A DNA stretch of 64,000 nt from IMG/VR virus record IMGVR_UViG_3300045988_151578; one strand, given 5' to 3'. Shown here piece by piece: positions 8,494 to 19,123 of the stretch. A program made the translations under genes and the position numbers. This DNA is from a virus. The notes beneath the pieces are model-generated. The model was given only the letters and a program-made list of their open reading frames with translations, was not told the DNA's origin and ran no database searches. Within the stretch, counting starts at the first letter, position 1. The number at the start of each line of letters is the position of its first letter.

Positions 8494-9330
8494 TTATTTA
8501 ATTTTATCCCATAAACTACCTTCACCCCCCTCTTCTTCATCTGATTCGGATTCTTTACCCATAAATTTATATAGGTACTTATTATATCTTGCTATAGATT
8601 TATCATTAGTTAGTGAAGAAAGTTCTGGTATCCCATTACACCAAGACAAACCTTCAAATTGAGCCGTGATATAATCTGGATAATTGGGTAACCAATCCCT
8701 ATCTTTCAAGAAATGATATAACTGAATAAAGTATTGATATTTATCCATATCTTTCTCAAAAGATTCTAATATGCCCGTTTTATCTGCAATCTTCTTCACA
8801 TAATAATCGTGCATATCTTTTATTATCTTCTTATCTTTTGAGGATAATTCCATATATTCCTTTTGAGCTACATAAGTTTCGGTTATAACCTCTTGCATAG
8901 ATATAAGTCTTTGAACTAAATTACGGGCATTATTCATTTTAGATATGCCTATTTTTATGTACTTTATAAACCCTTCCCGGGTTTCTAATTGGAAATCCTT
9001 ACAGAAGATATTACATATCTGAGCTAACTTTTTGCAATTAGTCCATTCCCTTTGTTGTGTTTCATTTATTTTCCTTACTCCCCTATGTTTTAATTTTATA
9101 CGGGTAGCATATATAATATCAGCTACCAAATAGGCATCTCCCGTATCTGCTAGTAATATGTTGTTAACTTTTTTATCAATTTGTTTACTACTAACTAAAA
9201 TACTTCTAGAATTTAAAGCCGTTTTCTTAGCATAAGCCAAAAAATCATCTACGGATACATCAACTCCAAACCTATTAAAAAGGGATTTTAGTTGAGTACG
9301 AGTAATGTGAATTGAAGGTTCTCTTTTCAT
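8494..9330 (-). CDS. Hypothetical replication-module protein with acidic C-terminal tail
   Basis: It lies between the helicase and primase genes. The C-terminus is SESDEEEGGEGSLWDKIK. No recognisable catalytic motif. Confidence 0.55.
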   Translation of the reverse strand: MKREPSIHITRTQLKSLFNRFGVDVSVDDFLAYAKKTALNSRSILVSSKQIDKKVNNILLADTGDAYLVADIIYATRIKLKHRGVRKINETQQREWTNCKKLAQICNIFCKDFQLETREGFIKYIKIGISKMNNARNLVQRLISMQEVITETYVAQKEYMELSSKDKKIIKDMHDYYVKKIADKTGILESFEKDMDKYQYFIQLYHFLKDRDWLPNYPDYITAQFEGLSWCNGIPELSSLTNDKSIARYNKYLYKFMGKESESDEEEGGEGSLWDKIK

Positions 9331-9364
9331 ATATTATAATTTAAGATAAATATGAATTCTCATA

Positions 9365-10315
9365 TCATAATGAGTTCTTCATAGATATAAGCTCTTGATA
9401 ATCTTGATAATGAAATTTATATACATATGATAAAACTTTATTTCTACCTAAGTCATTGCAATCCTTACCATCTGGTAAATATACTACCTTGACTTTTTTA
9501 TAAGCTACCAATTTTAAAGCTAGATTAATCGCATAAGCTTTAGCATCTGGATCTAGTAAAATAATGAATCTTTCTACCGGAGACTTAATAAGTTCGTTTA
9601 CTTGATAAGCACTTATGGACTTACCCATAGTAGCTATGGCATTATTTCCCATAGTTAAAGCATTAAAGGCTCCTTCACAAATAAACACCTTAGTATACAT
9701 ACTAAGTGCATCATGATTGTATATTATAAATTCTTTACCTAACCCAGTAGTATCTTTATTAGGATTAGAATATCTTGGTCCTGAACCTAAAACGTTTCTA
9801 GCATTGTAATATCTTAGTTCATTACCATAGAAAAAAGGTATTATAAGATAACCAAACAGATTACCTTCATGACAATAGCCAACTCCTTGAGAGGATAGTT
9901 GATTTATATCGAATCCTCTTTTTATCACATAATTTCTAATAGATCTAGCTAACTGGGATTTACCAAACTTTATATTTATAAATCCATCTGGAAGATATAC
10001 ATTCTTCTTTTCGGCTAATTCTATCTTTTCTTCCTTAAACTCTAAATCGTTAAATTCTCCTTTATTTAGAAAATCCAGAAGTTCTCCATAAGTATCAAAT
10101 CCTTCTATGTCCATTATTAATTGAGCTGGAGAAGGATGAGCATTACATCTGAAACAATTGCATCTATATAAGGATAGATTTACTCCCAACTTCTCTACTC
10201 TATGACAATAAGGACATACAGGTATCCTCATCCATCCATGTTTATAATCCCAAGCTCCTAGCCTTTTTACAAAATAGGACTTTAATTGAGATTTAAAGTG
10301 ATTGGTTATTTTCAT
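9365..10315 (-). CDS. DNA primase (zinc finger + TOPRIM, DnaG/T7 gp4 N-terminal type)
   Basis: Zn finger CPYCHR...CNCFRC. TOPRIM acidic residues are in ICEGAFNAL and ILLDPDAKA. Confidence 0.8.
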   Translation of the reverse strand: MKITNHFKSQLKSYFVKRLGAWDYKHGWMRIPVCPYCHRVEKLGVNLSLYRCNCFRCNAHPSPAQLIMDIEGFDTYGELLDFLNKGEFNDLEFKEEKIELAEKKNVYLPDGFINIKFGKSQLARSIRNYVIKRGFDINQLSSQGVGYCHEGNLFGYLIIPFFYGNELRYYNARNVLGSGPRYSNPNKDTTGLGKEFIIYNHDALSMYTKVFICEGAFNALTMGNNAIATMGKSISAYQVNELIKSPVERFIILLDPDAKAYAINLALKLVAYKKVKVVYLPDGKDCNDLGRNKVLSYVYKFHYQDYQELISMKNSL

Positions 10316-10475
10316 GTTCCTTCAAGAAATTATTTATGGTTTTTCTTATTTTCTTAATATCTCTTATACTAAGACAACCTATTGAAGTATATTGCCAACC
10401 ATTTTGGCTTATACTTAAACGGTATCCTCCAAACCTTTTAGTAATCTCTACGACGGGTAATTTCTTTTTGTTCAT
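10293..10475 (-). CDS. Small hypothetical protein between helicase and primase
   Basis: The track ORF 10293..10520 overlaps the helicase 3' end. An internal ATG at 10475 lies 1 nt after the helicase stop (TAA-T-ATG) and gives a 60-aa product, MNKKKLPVVEITKRF... Confidence 0.4.
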   Translation of the reverse strand: MNKKKLPVVEITKRFGGYRLSISQNGWQYTSIGCLSIRDIKKIRKTINNFLKEHENNQSL

Positions 10476-10476
10476 A

Positions 10477-11919
10477 TTATATATCTCCATTAAGTTTATT
10501 ACGTTTTTCTGGATCTGCATCTGGATTTACTCTTTTGGTTTTACCCTTAAGTTTTTCATCCAATTTAGAACCATATATTTGGTCATAATTCTTTCTTTGC
10601 TCTTTAGTGAATTCTACTGCACGTTGCCTATCTACATCTACTTTAAATAGAGCTCTTCCAAAAGGAACTCCATCTCTATTTACTACTATCTCCAATCTTT
10701 GAATATTATCTTTCTCTTCTTGAACTGTAGCATTTAAACCAAGTATACACTGAGCATTACGAACAATAGATATAGCTCCGGATATATCATTTTCCTCATA
10801 CCTAGTTTCCCTATGTTTAGCACCTTCTCTAGTAATATGATTAGCAGTCCATATACAATCTAATTGCATCTCATCAGCAAGATTTTGAATATCTACATAT
10901 ATATTAGATATCCTATCAAAATCTTCCTTATCCCTATTTATTGAAGCCAATTTAGCAGCATAGTCTATCATAACTACCCTAATATCTATACCCTGGTTAC
11001 GAAGTTTTATTATCATATTCCTTATATAATTACAATCTGTAATCATAGCAGGGACTCTATCAACTATAAACTCAACTCCAAATCTTGAAAGCTTTCTCAT
11101 ATGTTTAGCTTCAAGTTTATCATAATCTCCAGAATATAATTCCTTCTTAGTTTTATTAATAGAAGACTGGATCATACGGTCCATTATTTGGGTTTTACCA
11201 TTTTCTGTATCTATATATAAAACCGACTTCTTCATTCTAAGATAACCTCTTGCAGTATTAATCAGGAAGAAAGTTTTCTTAGCTTTAGGCTTATCCAATA
11301 ATACTATCACGGATCCTGAAGGAAAACCATTAGCATTGGTAAGTTGATTTAATTGCCTAAAAGGAGAAGGTATAACATCAGGTTCTGCTTGACGTTTAAA
11401 CTGTCTTTCGGTTATATCCCTAATAAGATATATAGGTTCATCCTCTTGCTTAGGTTTAGACTTCTTAAGGATCTGATCTACTTTCTTAGCATATTCCTCA
11501 TACTGATCAAAGTTATTTAGATCAAAAGAATCATTTAAGTTCTTCATCTCAATATAAGTAGAGAACTTATAAATCTTCTCTTGAATAAAATCAGCATCCT
11601 TTAGAGGTTCCTCATATAAATTACGTATAATCTTAAAAATGTTAGGAATATCATCCTTAGTAACTAAATCCACATATTCTTTAGATTCTAGTAATTCTTT
11701 TACTACTTCTTTTAGGATATTTTGAGAAGGAACATGAGAAGTTCTTTTATAATACTTAAACAATGCCTCGGCTATTAAAGCATGTTCTATTAAAACAAGA
11801 TAACTGGGTTTAATCCTTTTAATGAGTAAACCCATCTCCTTCCCCTGAATTAAAAATCTGAGTATTTCTAATTGGAAGTCCGTACTAAACTCAAACTTTA
11901 CTTTATTACGATTATTCAT
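10477..11919 (-). CDS. Replicative DnaB/T7 gp4-like hexameric helicase (RecA fold)
   Basis: Walker A-like LLDKPKAKKTFFLIN, Walker B VVMIDYAAKL and SGAISIVRNAQCILGLN. It sits next to the primase. Confidence 0.75.
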   Translation of the reverse strand: MNNRNKVKFEFSTDFQLEILRFLIQGKEMGLLIKRIKPSYLVLIEHALIAEALFKYYKRTSHVPSQNILKEVVKELLESKEYVDLVTKDDIPNIFKIIRNLYEEPLKDADFIQEKIYKFSTYIEMKNLNDSFDLNNFDQYEEYAKKVDQILKKSKPKQEDEPIYLIRDITERQFKRQAEPDVIPSPFRQLNQLTNANGFPSGSVIVLLDKPKAKKTFFLINTARGYLRMKKSVLYIDTENGKTQIMDRMIQSSINKTKKELYSGDYDKLEAKHMRKLSRFGVEFIVDRVPAMITDCNYIRNMIIKLRNQGIDIRVVMIDYAAKLASINRDKEDFDRISNIYVDIQNLADEMQLDCIWTANHITREGAKHRETRYEENDISGAISIVRNAQCILGLNATVQEEKDNIQRLEIVVNRDGVPFGRALFKVDVDRQRAVEFTKEQRKNYDQIYGSKLDEKLKGKTKRVNPDADPEKRNKLNGDI

Positions 11920-12048
11920 GTTTATAAGATTTTTAATAACTAATAGTTATATATTACTATAGTAGGTGGAAATGAGCCTGAGACCGGGTAGATTCATCTT
12001 AGTCTACTCCTTAATCCTCAGCTATATTTATAAATATATATGTATTTA

Positions 12049-12080
12049 TTTGCATATATAAAATAAATATTATATATTTG
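12049..12080 (+). promoter_or_regulatory. Early promoter, Bacteroidota sigma-A type
   Basis: TTTG (12049-12052), 20 nt, then TATATTTG (12073-12080). It lies 28 nt upstream of the ATG at 12108 in the same conserved cassette as the other copies. Confidence 0.7.
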
Positions 12081-12107
12081 CAAATATTATTATAATTTTA
12101 CACCGAT

Positions 12108-12758
12108 ATGAAAAGAGAAAGTTACAATGGTTCCGAGATACATCGACTAAAACCTATGAAAGATTATGATGAAAAGGTTTTTATGAAGATGTATAATCTA
12201 TGTAAACCCGTGATTAAAAATTTGGTATATCATATAGACTATAGGAGATTTAACCTTACTCCTGATATTATAGAATCTTACTTTTGGGATAAGATGCTAT
12301 ATGTTTTCAATAAATACTATGATTCTTCTACTGAAGAACATTTAAAAGCCAGGATATTAGCTTCTTTAAGTACTTATAAGAATAAATTATTAAGATATGC
12401 TTATAGTGATAAGGCTTCATATAATCAGAAATTATCTAAACTAGAAGATTTATTAGATAAGGATAAAGAAAGTTTAGATGATTCGGGAGATAATGAAGCT
12501 CTATCTGAAATGTGGGAGATGCTTAAAGATTATATGTATAAAAATCTATCAGAAGATGCTAAGCTTATTTTTGAATGTTTAGTTAGTCCTCCTCCATATA
12601 TAAAGGAAAGAATCAAAGAGGGTAGTAGAATAACTAACATGATATTACTAGAGTTTTTTGATATGCCTCGTACTAAGAGTTCTCTAAAATATATATCCGA
12701 AATAAGGGAGGATATTAATTACTGGTTAGATAGAGCTAAAAAGGATTTACATTATTAA
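12108..12758 (+). CDS. Putative phage sigma factor (sigma-70/ECF-like regions 2 and 4)
   Basis: The size, a region-2-like N-half (DEKVFMKMYNLCKPVIKNLV ... DIIESYFWDKML) and a C-terminal HTH-like segment (LSEDAKLIFECLV ... ITNMILLEFFDMPRTKSSLKYISEIR) fit. It is the only plus-strand gene in this region and has its own early promoter. Confidence 0.45.
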   Translation: MKRESYNGSEIHRLKPMKDYDEKVFMKMYNLCKPVIKNLVYHIDYRRFNLTPDIIESYFWDKMLYVFNKYYDSSTEEHLKARILASLSTYKNKLLRYAYSDKASYNQKLSKLEDLLDKDKESLDDSGDNEALSEMWEMLKDYMYKNLSEDAKLIFECLVSPPPYIKERIKEGSRITNMILLEFFDMPRTKSSLKYISEIREDINYWLDRAKKDLHY

Positions 12759-12770
12759 ATACACTAAATA

Positions 12771-12798
12771 AGGCAGAGGAATTCCTCTGCCTTATTTT
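12771..12798. terminator. Bidirectional rho-independent terminator between convergent genes
   Basis: Perfect palindrome AGGCAGAGGAA|TTCCTCTGCCT (12771-12792), with TATTTT after it on the plus strand and an A-rich run before it. Confidence 0.8.
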
Positions 12799-12803
12799 AA
12801 CGA

Positions 12804-14210
12804 TTATTTTTTACGGATAAGTACTAGTGTTATATGTGGTGGTAATATTACTATAGATTTTTGAGATGTTTGAGCTTTAACTTGATCTTCACTTTCTATT
12901 TGATTAGTAGTATAACCCCATTGCCTATTATCCTTATCATAATGTTTCTGTAAGTTAACATAAGGAGCAGGTGTTTTACCACTCCATACATTTACGGATG
13001 AACCACAATCTCCAGTAGTTAACATTGGATTATCCGCTGGTCCTGATTCTCCACTCATAGCAGTATCCTGAATTCCTAACATATGTTTATGCAATGGTAA
13101 CTCGGATTTATCTATGGTGAATTCATAAGTAGAATTAAATCCTCCAGTTTGGCCTGGAACATTAAAGTATATATTATCTTTAATACTTAATCCACCCTCT
13201 TTATAGCCTATTATAACTCTTCCTGCACCCTTATTGTACATCTCCCATCCATCGGGTATTTCCAGAGATTCCCATAACATAATAGCTCCTGAAGGAACTA
13301 GGGCATTCTTAAGTTCAGTCTGTACATAATCTTTTAATGAAGCTATTTGCTCATCTATATAATCTGTAACATTTTGCCCTTCATCACTATCTTCAGTAAG
13401 ATTACCAAACAGTTTATCATAATTAGATAAACAATCCATTACATATTTATGTATAGCTGCAGTATAGGGTATATTATTTGGCCAATTATGATTATAGGGT
13501 ATTAGACCATAATCTATCATTACTCCATCTACTGATCTTCTACCATATACTCCAATCAAGGTATGGTATATATCATCACTTGGTTTTTCACTACCAAGTA
13601 TATTTTCAAATACTAACCCTGATAGTCCTTCGAAAGAAAATACTGAAGTATCATATAAATCATGACGAGTTTTTTCGTTTTCCCATCCATCCCATTTAGT
13701 AGGATCCCGGGATATCTGATATAGATTATAGAACGAAGTTTTACTTTGTACATCATTAGATGTAATGTTTATGTTATCATGATTGAGATAATAAGCTTCA
13801 AATGCTAAGGTATCCGGTTTGGCTTCGGTATCTGGCCTATGCTTAGCAAATATGGCAATATCATACTCTTGGTCATTGCCCGTATTATTAGAATTAGCCA
13901 TAGGCACTGTAATATCCTGATCAGTAGCATGTAAATAACCATCAGAAGTTATACATACATTTACTGCTTGAATATTCTTGTTAATAGCCACATTATGGGA
14001 TTTAGCTAGGGCTTTTATATAATTAAGGATAGCTTTATTATCCTCTTTAACTGATGATGAATAACCTATAGTTACTACATCTCCACTCTTTCTGAAGTTA
14101 TTAAATCCACATATAGGACCTATGCCTTTAGTCATACATATAGCTTGGCTTAAATCCCAAGATTTAATATTACTTTCAAAATTAAAGTACGTCTTATAAC
14201 TATTAGCCAT
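12804..14210 (-). CDS. Tail fibre protein with phage tail-collar domain
   Basis: C-terminal PSGAIMLWESLEIPDGWEMYNKGAGRVIIGY ... ELPLHKH matches the tail-collar signature (P-x-G ... P-x-GW ... LP-x-H-x-H). Confidence 0.7.
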   Translation of the reverse strand: MANSYKTYFNFESNIKSWDLSQAICMTKGIGPICGFNNFRKSGDVVTIGYSSSVKEDNKAILNYIKALAKSHNVAINKNIQAVNVCITSDGYLHATDQDITVPMANSNNTGNDQEYDIAIFAKHRPDTEAKPDTLAFEAYYLNHDNINITSNDVQSKTSFYNLYQISRDPTKWDGWENEKTRHDLYDTSVFSFEGLSGLVFENILGSEKPSDDIYHTLIGVYGRRSVDGVMIDYGLIPYNHNWPNNIPYTAAIHKYVMDCLSNYDKLFGNLTEDSDEGQNVTDYIDEQIASLKDYVQTELKNALVPSGAIMLWESLEIPDGWEMYNKGAGRVIIGYKEGGLSIKDNIYFNVPGQTGGFNSTYEFTIDKSELPLHKHMLGIQDTAMSGESGPADNPMLTTGDCGSSVNVWSGKTPAPYVNLQKHYDKDNRQWGYTTNQIESEDQVKAQTSQKSIVILPPHITLVLIRKK

Positions 14211-14215
14211 AATTA

Positions 14216-14866
14216 TTATTTATTAAGGTTGTGATAAAAATCTAACTTTATATTATCATAGATCATTTTTATATTAGTGTAGCATCTATCCTCATTATAC
14301 CCACCATCATTATAGATTTCTGATTCTATAGATTCGGATACTTGTTTAACCCAATTATCTATCTCAGTATAATGGGATAATTTATTTGATTGATACCTAT
14401 ACACATCAAATTTTGAATTTATATCCTCAAATAGGTTCTGTACTAATTGATGTATCTTCCCTTCGGTTTTTGGTTTATTTACTATATTGTTTTCTACTAA
14501 TACCCTTTTTACTAACCCAATAGTCTTTAAAAGAGCTAAATCAAAGATAGTATTTGAAGTAGTCTTTATCCTTAGTTGAGTTTCTGGTATTAAACCATCA
14601 GCTAAATCTTCAATGATCTCATTGCTTTTTTTAACTGTCTCATTTAACTGAATCAATTGTGTAGTATAATTACTTATAATACCATCGATTAAATTCTTAA
14701 ACCAAACAAAACAGGATATCATTAAAGCTGCTGATAAGATTAAAAAGATAGCACAGATTATGACCGTTATACCATAATCTTGAATACCCTTAGCCAATTG
14801 AACAGAAGCATTAGTGGCCTGTGATACTTTATCCAGGCCACTAGTTGTTAATAGAAGATTTACCAT
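14216..14866 (-). CDS. Membrane-anchored protein inside the tail module
   Basis: One strong TM helix (GITVIICAIFLILSAALMISCFVWF). The rest is helical with no known motif. Confidence 0.5.
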   Translation of the reverse strand: MVNLLLTTSGLDKVSQATNASVQLAKGIQDYGITVIICAIFLILSAALMISCFVWFKNLIDGIISNYTTQLIQLNETVKKSNEIIEDLADGLIPETQLRIKTTSNTIFDLALLKTIGLVKRVLVENNIVNKPKTEGKIHQLVQNLFEDINSKFDVYRYQSNKLSHYTEIDNWVKQVSESIESEIYNDGGYNEDRCYTNIKMIYDNIKLDFYHNLNK

Positions 14867-14870
14867 AATA

Positions 14871-17800
14871 TTACTTATTTAAAATTAAAGTTAATTCAGA
14901 AGAATACTTGCCTGTTGTTGGTTTATATATAGACTTAAGTTGTAAGTTCTCCTTTACTATCTGTACTTTATCTCCTATTTTAAAGGTAGTATTTACTAAC
15001 TCTTTAAAGTCTTCATTATTATCTTGCAATATAACTTTTAATTCTTGAGTATCATCACCAGAATATCTTCTTAACAGTATATTATGTACAGACAATGTCC
15101 AATAACCATCTAAAGGACCTTGGTCATTATTGATGGTGTTAAAGAAATCATTAGTACTATCACCTATATCCTTTGGACCAATACTAAGAGTAAGTGGACC
15201 AAGAGTATTAGTAGATAACAACAAATCCATACTTACCAACTGATATCTGGTACCAGTTAACATATTCTTAAATTTTACGGTTATCTCATAATCTTTTAAC
15301 CCTCCTACAGCTTCGCTTAAAACTAATTTAGCTGTTATGTCTGAGTTATCATCACACTTATATACATAAGTACCAAAATCAAAAAAGCTAACCACTAATG
15401 GAGTTTTACCCGAAATAGGGGAAGGCTGACTACTTTCAGGATCTTTCATATCGGCTGATGATAAGCTTACATTTACTCCTTCTAGATAATCTCCGTTTTC
15501 ATTTCTTGCTTTAAGTGTACTTACATTTTGTTTATTAATAACACTACTACTACTTGGATCCCATATTAAAGAAGAAACTTCAGAACTAATAGTACCAGAT
15601 CTACATACAAAAGTACTCTTAGAGAATATATCTCCATACACTACTTTTAATGTAGTACTACCTATACCCAGTGAATAATCAAATTTGTAGGTATCCCCAT
15701 ATTGCTGTATATTAGTTTCTACTAAACTCCATTGTGATTCAGGTAAAGTTACCAATCCCATATCACTATATACTTTGACTTTACTCAGATCCAAATCTTG
15801 TATGTAATTACCCTTTGAGTCTTTAACTTTAAAAGATACTTTTATAGTACCAGGAGAAGTTAAAGCTTCAGATTGAGGCTCTATCTCTACAGATTTTGGA
15901 TAAGTAACATCATTAACTACAAAATCAGCAGATAACTCGGGATTATCATTAGATTTAAATGTATAAGTACCTGGAGCAGTTGCTCTAAATGTAACAGGTG
16001 AACCATTTAATGAACCATCTGGCATTACTATCTTATAAGTATTAGATGATATTGCCTGCTCATTAGTGTCAACCAGATATACATTAGTATCAGCTGTACC
16101 AGAACTGGGCATATCCAAAGTCTTAGGATCACATACTATACCTCCAACTGTTTGAGAAGAACTTAATATTGTAAATGTTGCTGAAGCTAAAGGCTTATCT
16201 GTTTCTCCTATTTGGTCTATAACACTTGACTTTATGGTATAGGTACCTATTAAACTGTTATCATTGGGTAACCCACTTCCTATTAGTGTTAAAGTATTGC
16301 CTGATACATTTTCAAAGCCAGGTACTAATTTATTATCCTTATATAAACTATAATTTAAACTATTAGCTACACTAGGTTTATTCGTAGTGACGTTTACCTG
16401 TATAGTTACTTTACCGTCTTCTGGTCTGTATACCACTGTTGAAGGAGTACAAGTTATCACTACTTGCAATGATAGATCTTCTACTTTAACTTCACAGTTG
16501 GTATATAACCCAGAATATCTAGTCCATCCTATATGATTATTTTCTATTGTATCACCGATATTATAGGTCTTACCTGTTTCTGTACCTGATACATTAGAAT
16601 CTTTATTCGGGTCATAATCTTCAGGTAGAATATATTCCCTAATGGTATCTGGGTATTCAGCTGTTTCTCCATCTATACTCCCCAATATCCTAAATTTAGC
16701 CTTATCATCTTCTGAAGCTAATTTATATATGGCTCTGGTAGTTTTGGTATTCCAATCACTTTCAAGTGGTGATACCCAATTCTTAGTATCTATGGGAGAA
16801 ATATAACTACTCTTTACATCCATTATGGCTATAGGAGTATAGTTTACATATCCTAATTTAGAAGTTAATTGTAGAGTATAACCATGGTTTATATTACCAT
16901 TTAGTATATCTACTCTAAACTTTACTGGAACATTACCAAAACCATCTGGGAATAATTCTTTGAAACCGCTTGTTGAAGGTCCTATATATGGTACGGTATA
17001 ATCTATATCCCCATTTTCAAAAAGATTAACTTGACTAGCATCCATATCATACCAATAAGGAGTTATAGTATATATGTATGGCCACTCATCTTTATCATCT
17101 TCGGTATTATTAGAAGAACTACCACTAAAAAGTAATTTACTCTTAGCTTTAACTACTAACCTTATACCACTAACAAATCTTAAACCTTCAGTATCATGTG
17201 ATTCATCTACTGTAGGCCTTACCTTAAACTTAAATGTACGTTCACTGTCTGAAGAAGATAATAATTGTATGCCCTCATTATTTACCTTGTTATTTTCAAG
17301 ATAAACCGTAGAGGGTGAAAATTCATATTTATATGAACCATCAAATACTCCCCAACCCCTTTCTAATAAGTAAGTACTTACGTTTATTTGATTTGGGTCC
17401 ATAGTACAATAGAAGTAATACATTACTCCAGTAGAAGGAGGAGTAAATATATCTCCATAGGAATATTCCTCTGGTGATCCTATGCGTTTAATCTTAAGTA
17501 ACTTTGGGTTATTTATAAACTTTGGGTCCTTAGTATCTACTATAAGCTTAACTTTAAAATCAGATAAAGGCTGATCCATGTTTTCTTGTGATGCCTTATA
17601 TTCTGAAACGTAAGTGCTTATATCCTCATTTGGGTTACCCATCAATACTTTATAGGTATATTCTGGGTATGACATGACATTATAAACTTTAGTAGACTGA
17701 GGGTTACCTTTATTGTCTAATAAATAAAACCTATAAGTACCAGGTAACTTAGCTTTGTAAATATTACCTGATACTTCAATGTTACTTGGACTGTAGTATA

Positions 17801-19121
17801 CCTGAAGATTATTATCTACTATGGTTTTCTCATCTTCTACACTATTAGATCCCCATCGTACAAAATTACCATTATAATCTTCTATCTTTTTACGGGTTTC
17901 TTTAGAATGAGTTATTACCTTAAAATTGATTGGGTTGCCTTCATCATCCATTGTGTATAATGGTAATTCCTTACTATACCCTTCTACTTCTATGTATAGG
18001 ATATAAGTATCAATACTTACTAACCTATTTATCTTAATCGGGTTAGTAGTATTATCACTGTACACATTTTTAAACAGATACTCTCCTGGCCCATTAACTA
18101 AATAAACTCCGTAATCTCTATCTCCTGGGTTTATTGGGTTACTCCAAGTTATACCACCGTTACTAGATACTACATAGGGTTCTTGACGTTTTTCTCCTTC
18201 TACTATACCCTCAGAAGTAATGGGTAACTCAAAAGGAGATTTAAAATAATCTAAATCTCCAACATAGTTTACCATTATGGTATGTTCTATGTTTATATCA
18301 TTACCCACCCACTTTATTTCATAACATACATTGTAAGGTATAAACTTATCTATAAAATTCGTTACTGATTGTTTGAAAGTATTTAAGCTATCAAAATTAG
18401 ATAAGGATTCATCATCTGGTATGGGTATATTAAAAGTTACCTTTATACATTGAGTACAACGGTAGGTATTATCAAAATAAGTATCCTTATCTGTATAATT
18501 GTATTCTCTATCAAATATGGTAGCATGAGGTAATATCTTTTCTGGATCTAGATTGTAATCACCTTTATAGGAGTAATTCTCTTTATACCAACCGTCATAA
18601 TCTAAAGCCTTAGTAGGATCTTCTATTAATTCTACACCAGAATTCTCATCCCATATATCATATAAAGAAAACATGGTTTTAAAGAATCTATCAGTACCTC
18701 TCCATTTTAATAAGGTTATAGAGTACTTTATTATATCCCTAAGTTTTTTATCTATATCATCGGTTTTAGTATAGAAACCAAATGGTAAATTATCCTTTAA
18801 CCATATTGATTCTTTCGATGAAAATTGTGGGTCATCAAACCCATTAAAATATTTAAACCATTTATCAGTATCTATTAAATATCTATTCGCATAAGGAATG
18901 CTGCCTAGCATATTCCACAAGTAACCTAAATAATATTTAGATGTAGTTTCTATATTTAGATTATCTAATACACTAGATATTTCAGGTGTTATTACATCAC
19001 TAAAATAGGTACCACAAATGTTTAAGAATTTCTCTAATATACCTCTACCTTCTGAATCCTTATAGGTATCATTAGATTTGAAGTAGTAAGGTAATAAATC
19101 TATTAAATTCTTAATATCCAT
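14871..19121 (-). CDS. Large baseplate wedge / fibre-network protein (gpI/Mu gp48-like N-terminus plus many Ig-like repeats)
   Basis: 1416 aa, immediately downstream of the baseplate J gene. The N-terminus DLLPYYFKSNDTYKDSEGRGILEKFLNICG resembles the tail-protein-I/DUF2313 start. A long beta-rich repetitive C-terminal part follows. Confidence 0.6.
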   Translation of the reverse strand: MDIKNLIDLLPYYFKSNDTYKDSEGRGILEKFLNICGTYFSDVITPEISSVLDNLNIETTSKYYLGYLWNMLGSIPYANRYLIDTDKWFKYFNGFDDPQFSSKESIWLKDNLPFGFYTKTDDIDKKLRDIIKYSITLLKWRGTDRFFKTMFSLYDIWDENSGVELIEDPTKALDYDGWYKENYSYKGDYNLDPEKILPHATIFDREYNYTDKDTYFDNTYRCTQCIKVTFNIPIPDDESLSNFDSLNTFKQSVTNFIDKFIPYNVCYEIKWVGNDINIEHTIMVNYVGDLDYFKSPFELPITSEGIVEGEKRQEPYVVSSNGGITWSNPINPGDRDYGVYLVNGPGEYLFKNVYSDNTTNPIKINRLVSIDTYILYIEVEGYSKELPLYTMDDEGNPINFKVITHSKETRKKIEDYNGNFVRWGSNSVEDEKTIVDNNLQVYYSPSNIEVSGNIYKAKLPGTYRFYLLDNKGNPQSTKVYNVMSYPEYTYKVLMGNPNEDISTYVSEYKASQENMDQPLSDFKVKLIVDTKDPKFINNPKLLKIKRIGSPEEYSYGDIFTPPSTGVMYYFYCTMDPNQINVSTYLLERGWGVFDGSYKYEFSPSTVYLENNKVNNEGIQLLSSSDSERTFKFKVRPTVDESHDTEGLRFVSGIRLVVKAKSKLLFSGSSSNNTEDDKDEWPYIYTITPYWYDMDASQVNLFENGDIDYTVPYIGPSTSGFKELFPDGFGNVPVKFRVDILNGNINHGYTLQLTSKLGYVNYTPIAIMDVKSSYISPIDTKNWVSPLESDWNTKTTRAIYKLASEDDKAKFRILGSIDGETAEYPDTIREYILPEDYDPNKDSNVSGTETGKTYNIGDTIENNHIGWTRYSGLYTNCEVKVEDLSLQVVITCTPSTVVYRPEDGKVTIQVNVTTNKPSVANSLNYSLYKDNKLVPGFENVSGNTLTLIGSGLPNDNSLIGTYTIKSSVIDQIGETDKPLASATFTILSSSQTVGGIVCDPKTLDMPSSGTADTNVYLVDTNEQAISSNTYKIVMPDGSLNGSPVTFRATAPGTYTFKSNDNPELSADFVVNDVTYPKSVEIEPQSEALTSPGTIKVSFKVKDSKGNYIQDLDLSKVKVYSDMGLVTLPESQWSLVETNIQQYGDTYKFDYSLGIGSTTLKVVYGDIFSKSTFVCRSGTISSEVSSLIWDPSSSSVINKQNVSTLKARNENGDYLEGVNVSLSSADMKDPESSQPSPISGKTPLVVSFFDFGTYVYKCDDNSDITAKLVLSEAVGGLKDYEITVKFKNMLTGTRYQLVSMDLLLSTNTLGPLTLSIGPKDIGDSTNDFFNTINNDQGPLDGYWTLSVHNILLRRYSGDDTQELKVILQDNNEDFKELVNTTFKIGDKVQIVKENLQLKSIYKPTTGKYSSELTLILNK

Positions 19122-19123
19122 AG

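Noticed and set aside
10336-10650. Plus-strand 104-aa ORF
   Set aside because: It is antisense to the helicase 3' end and the small ORF. It is a hydrophobic artefact of reading A/T-rich codons backwards.
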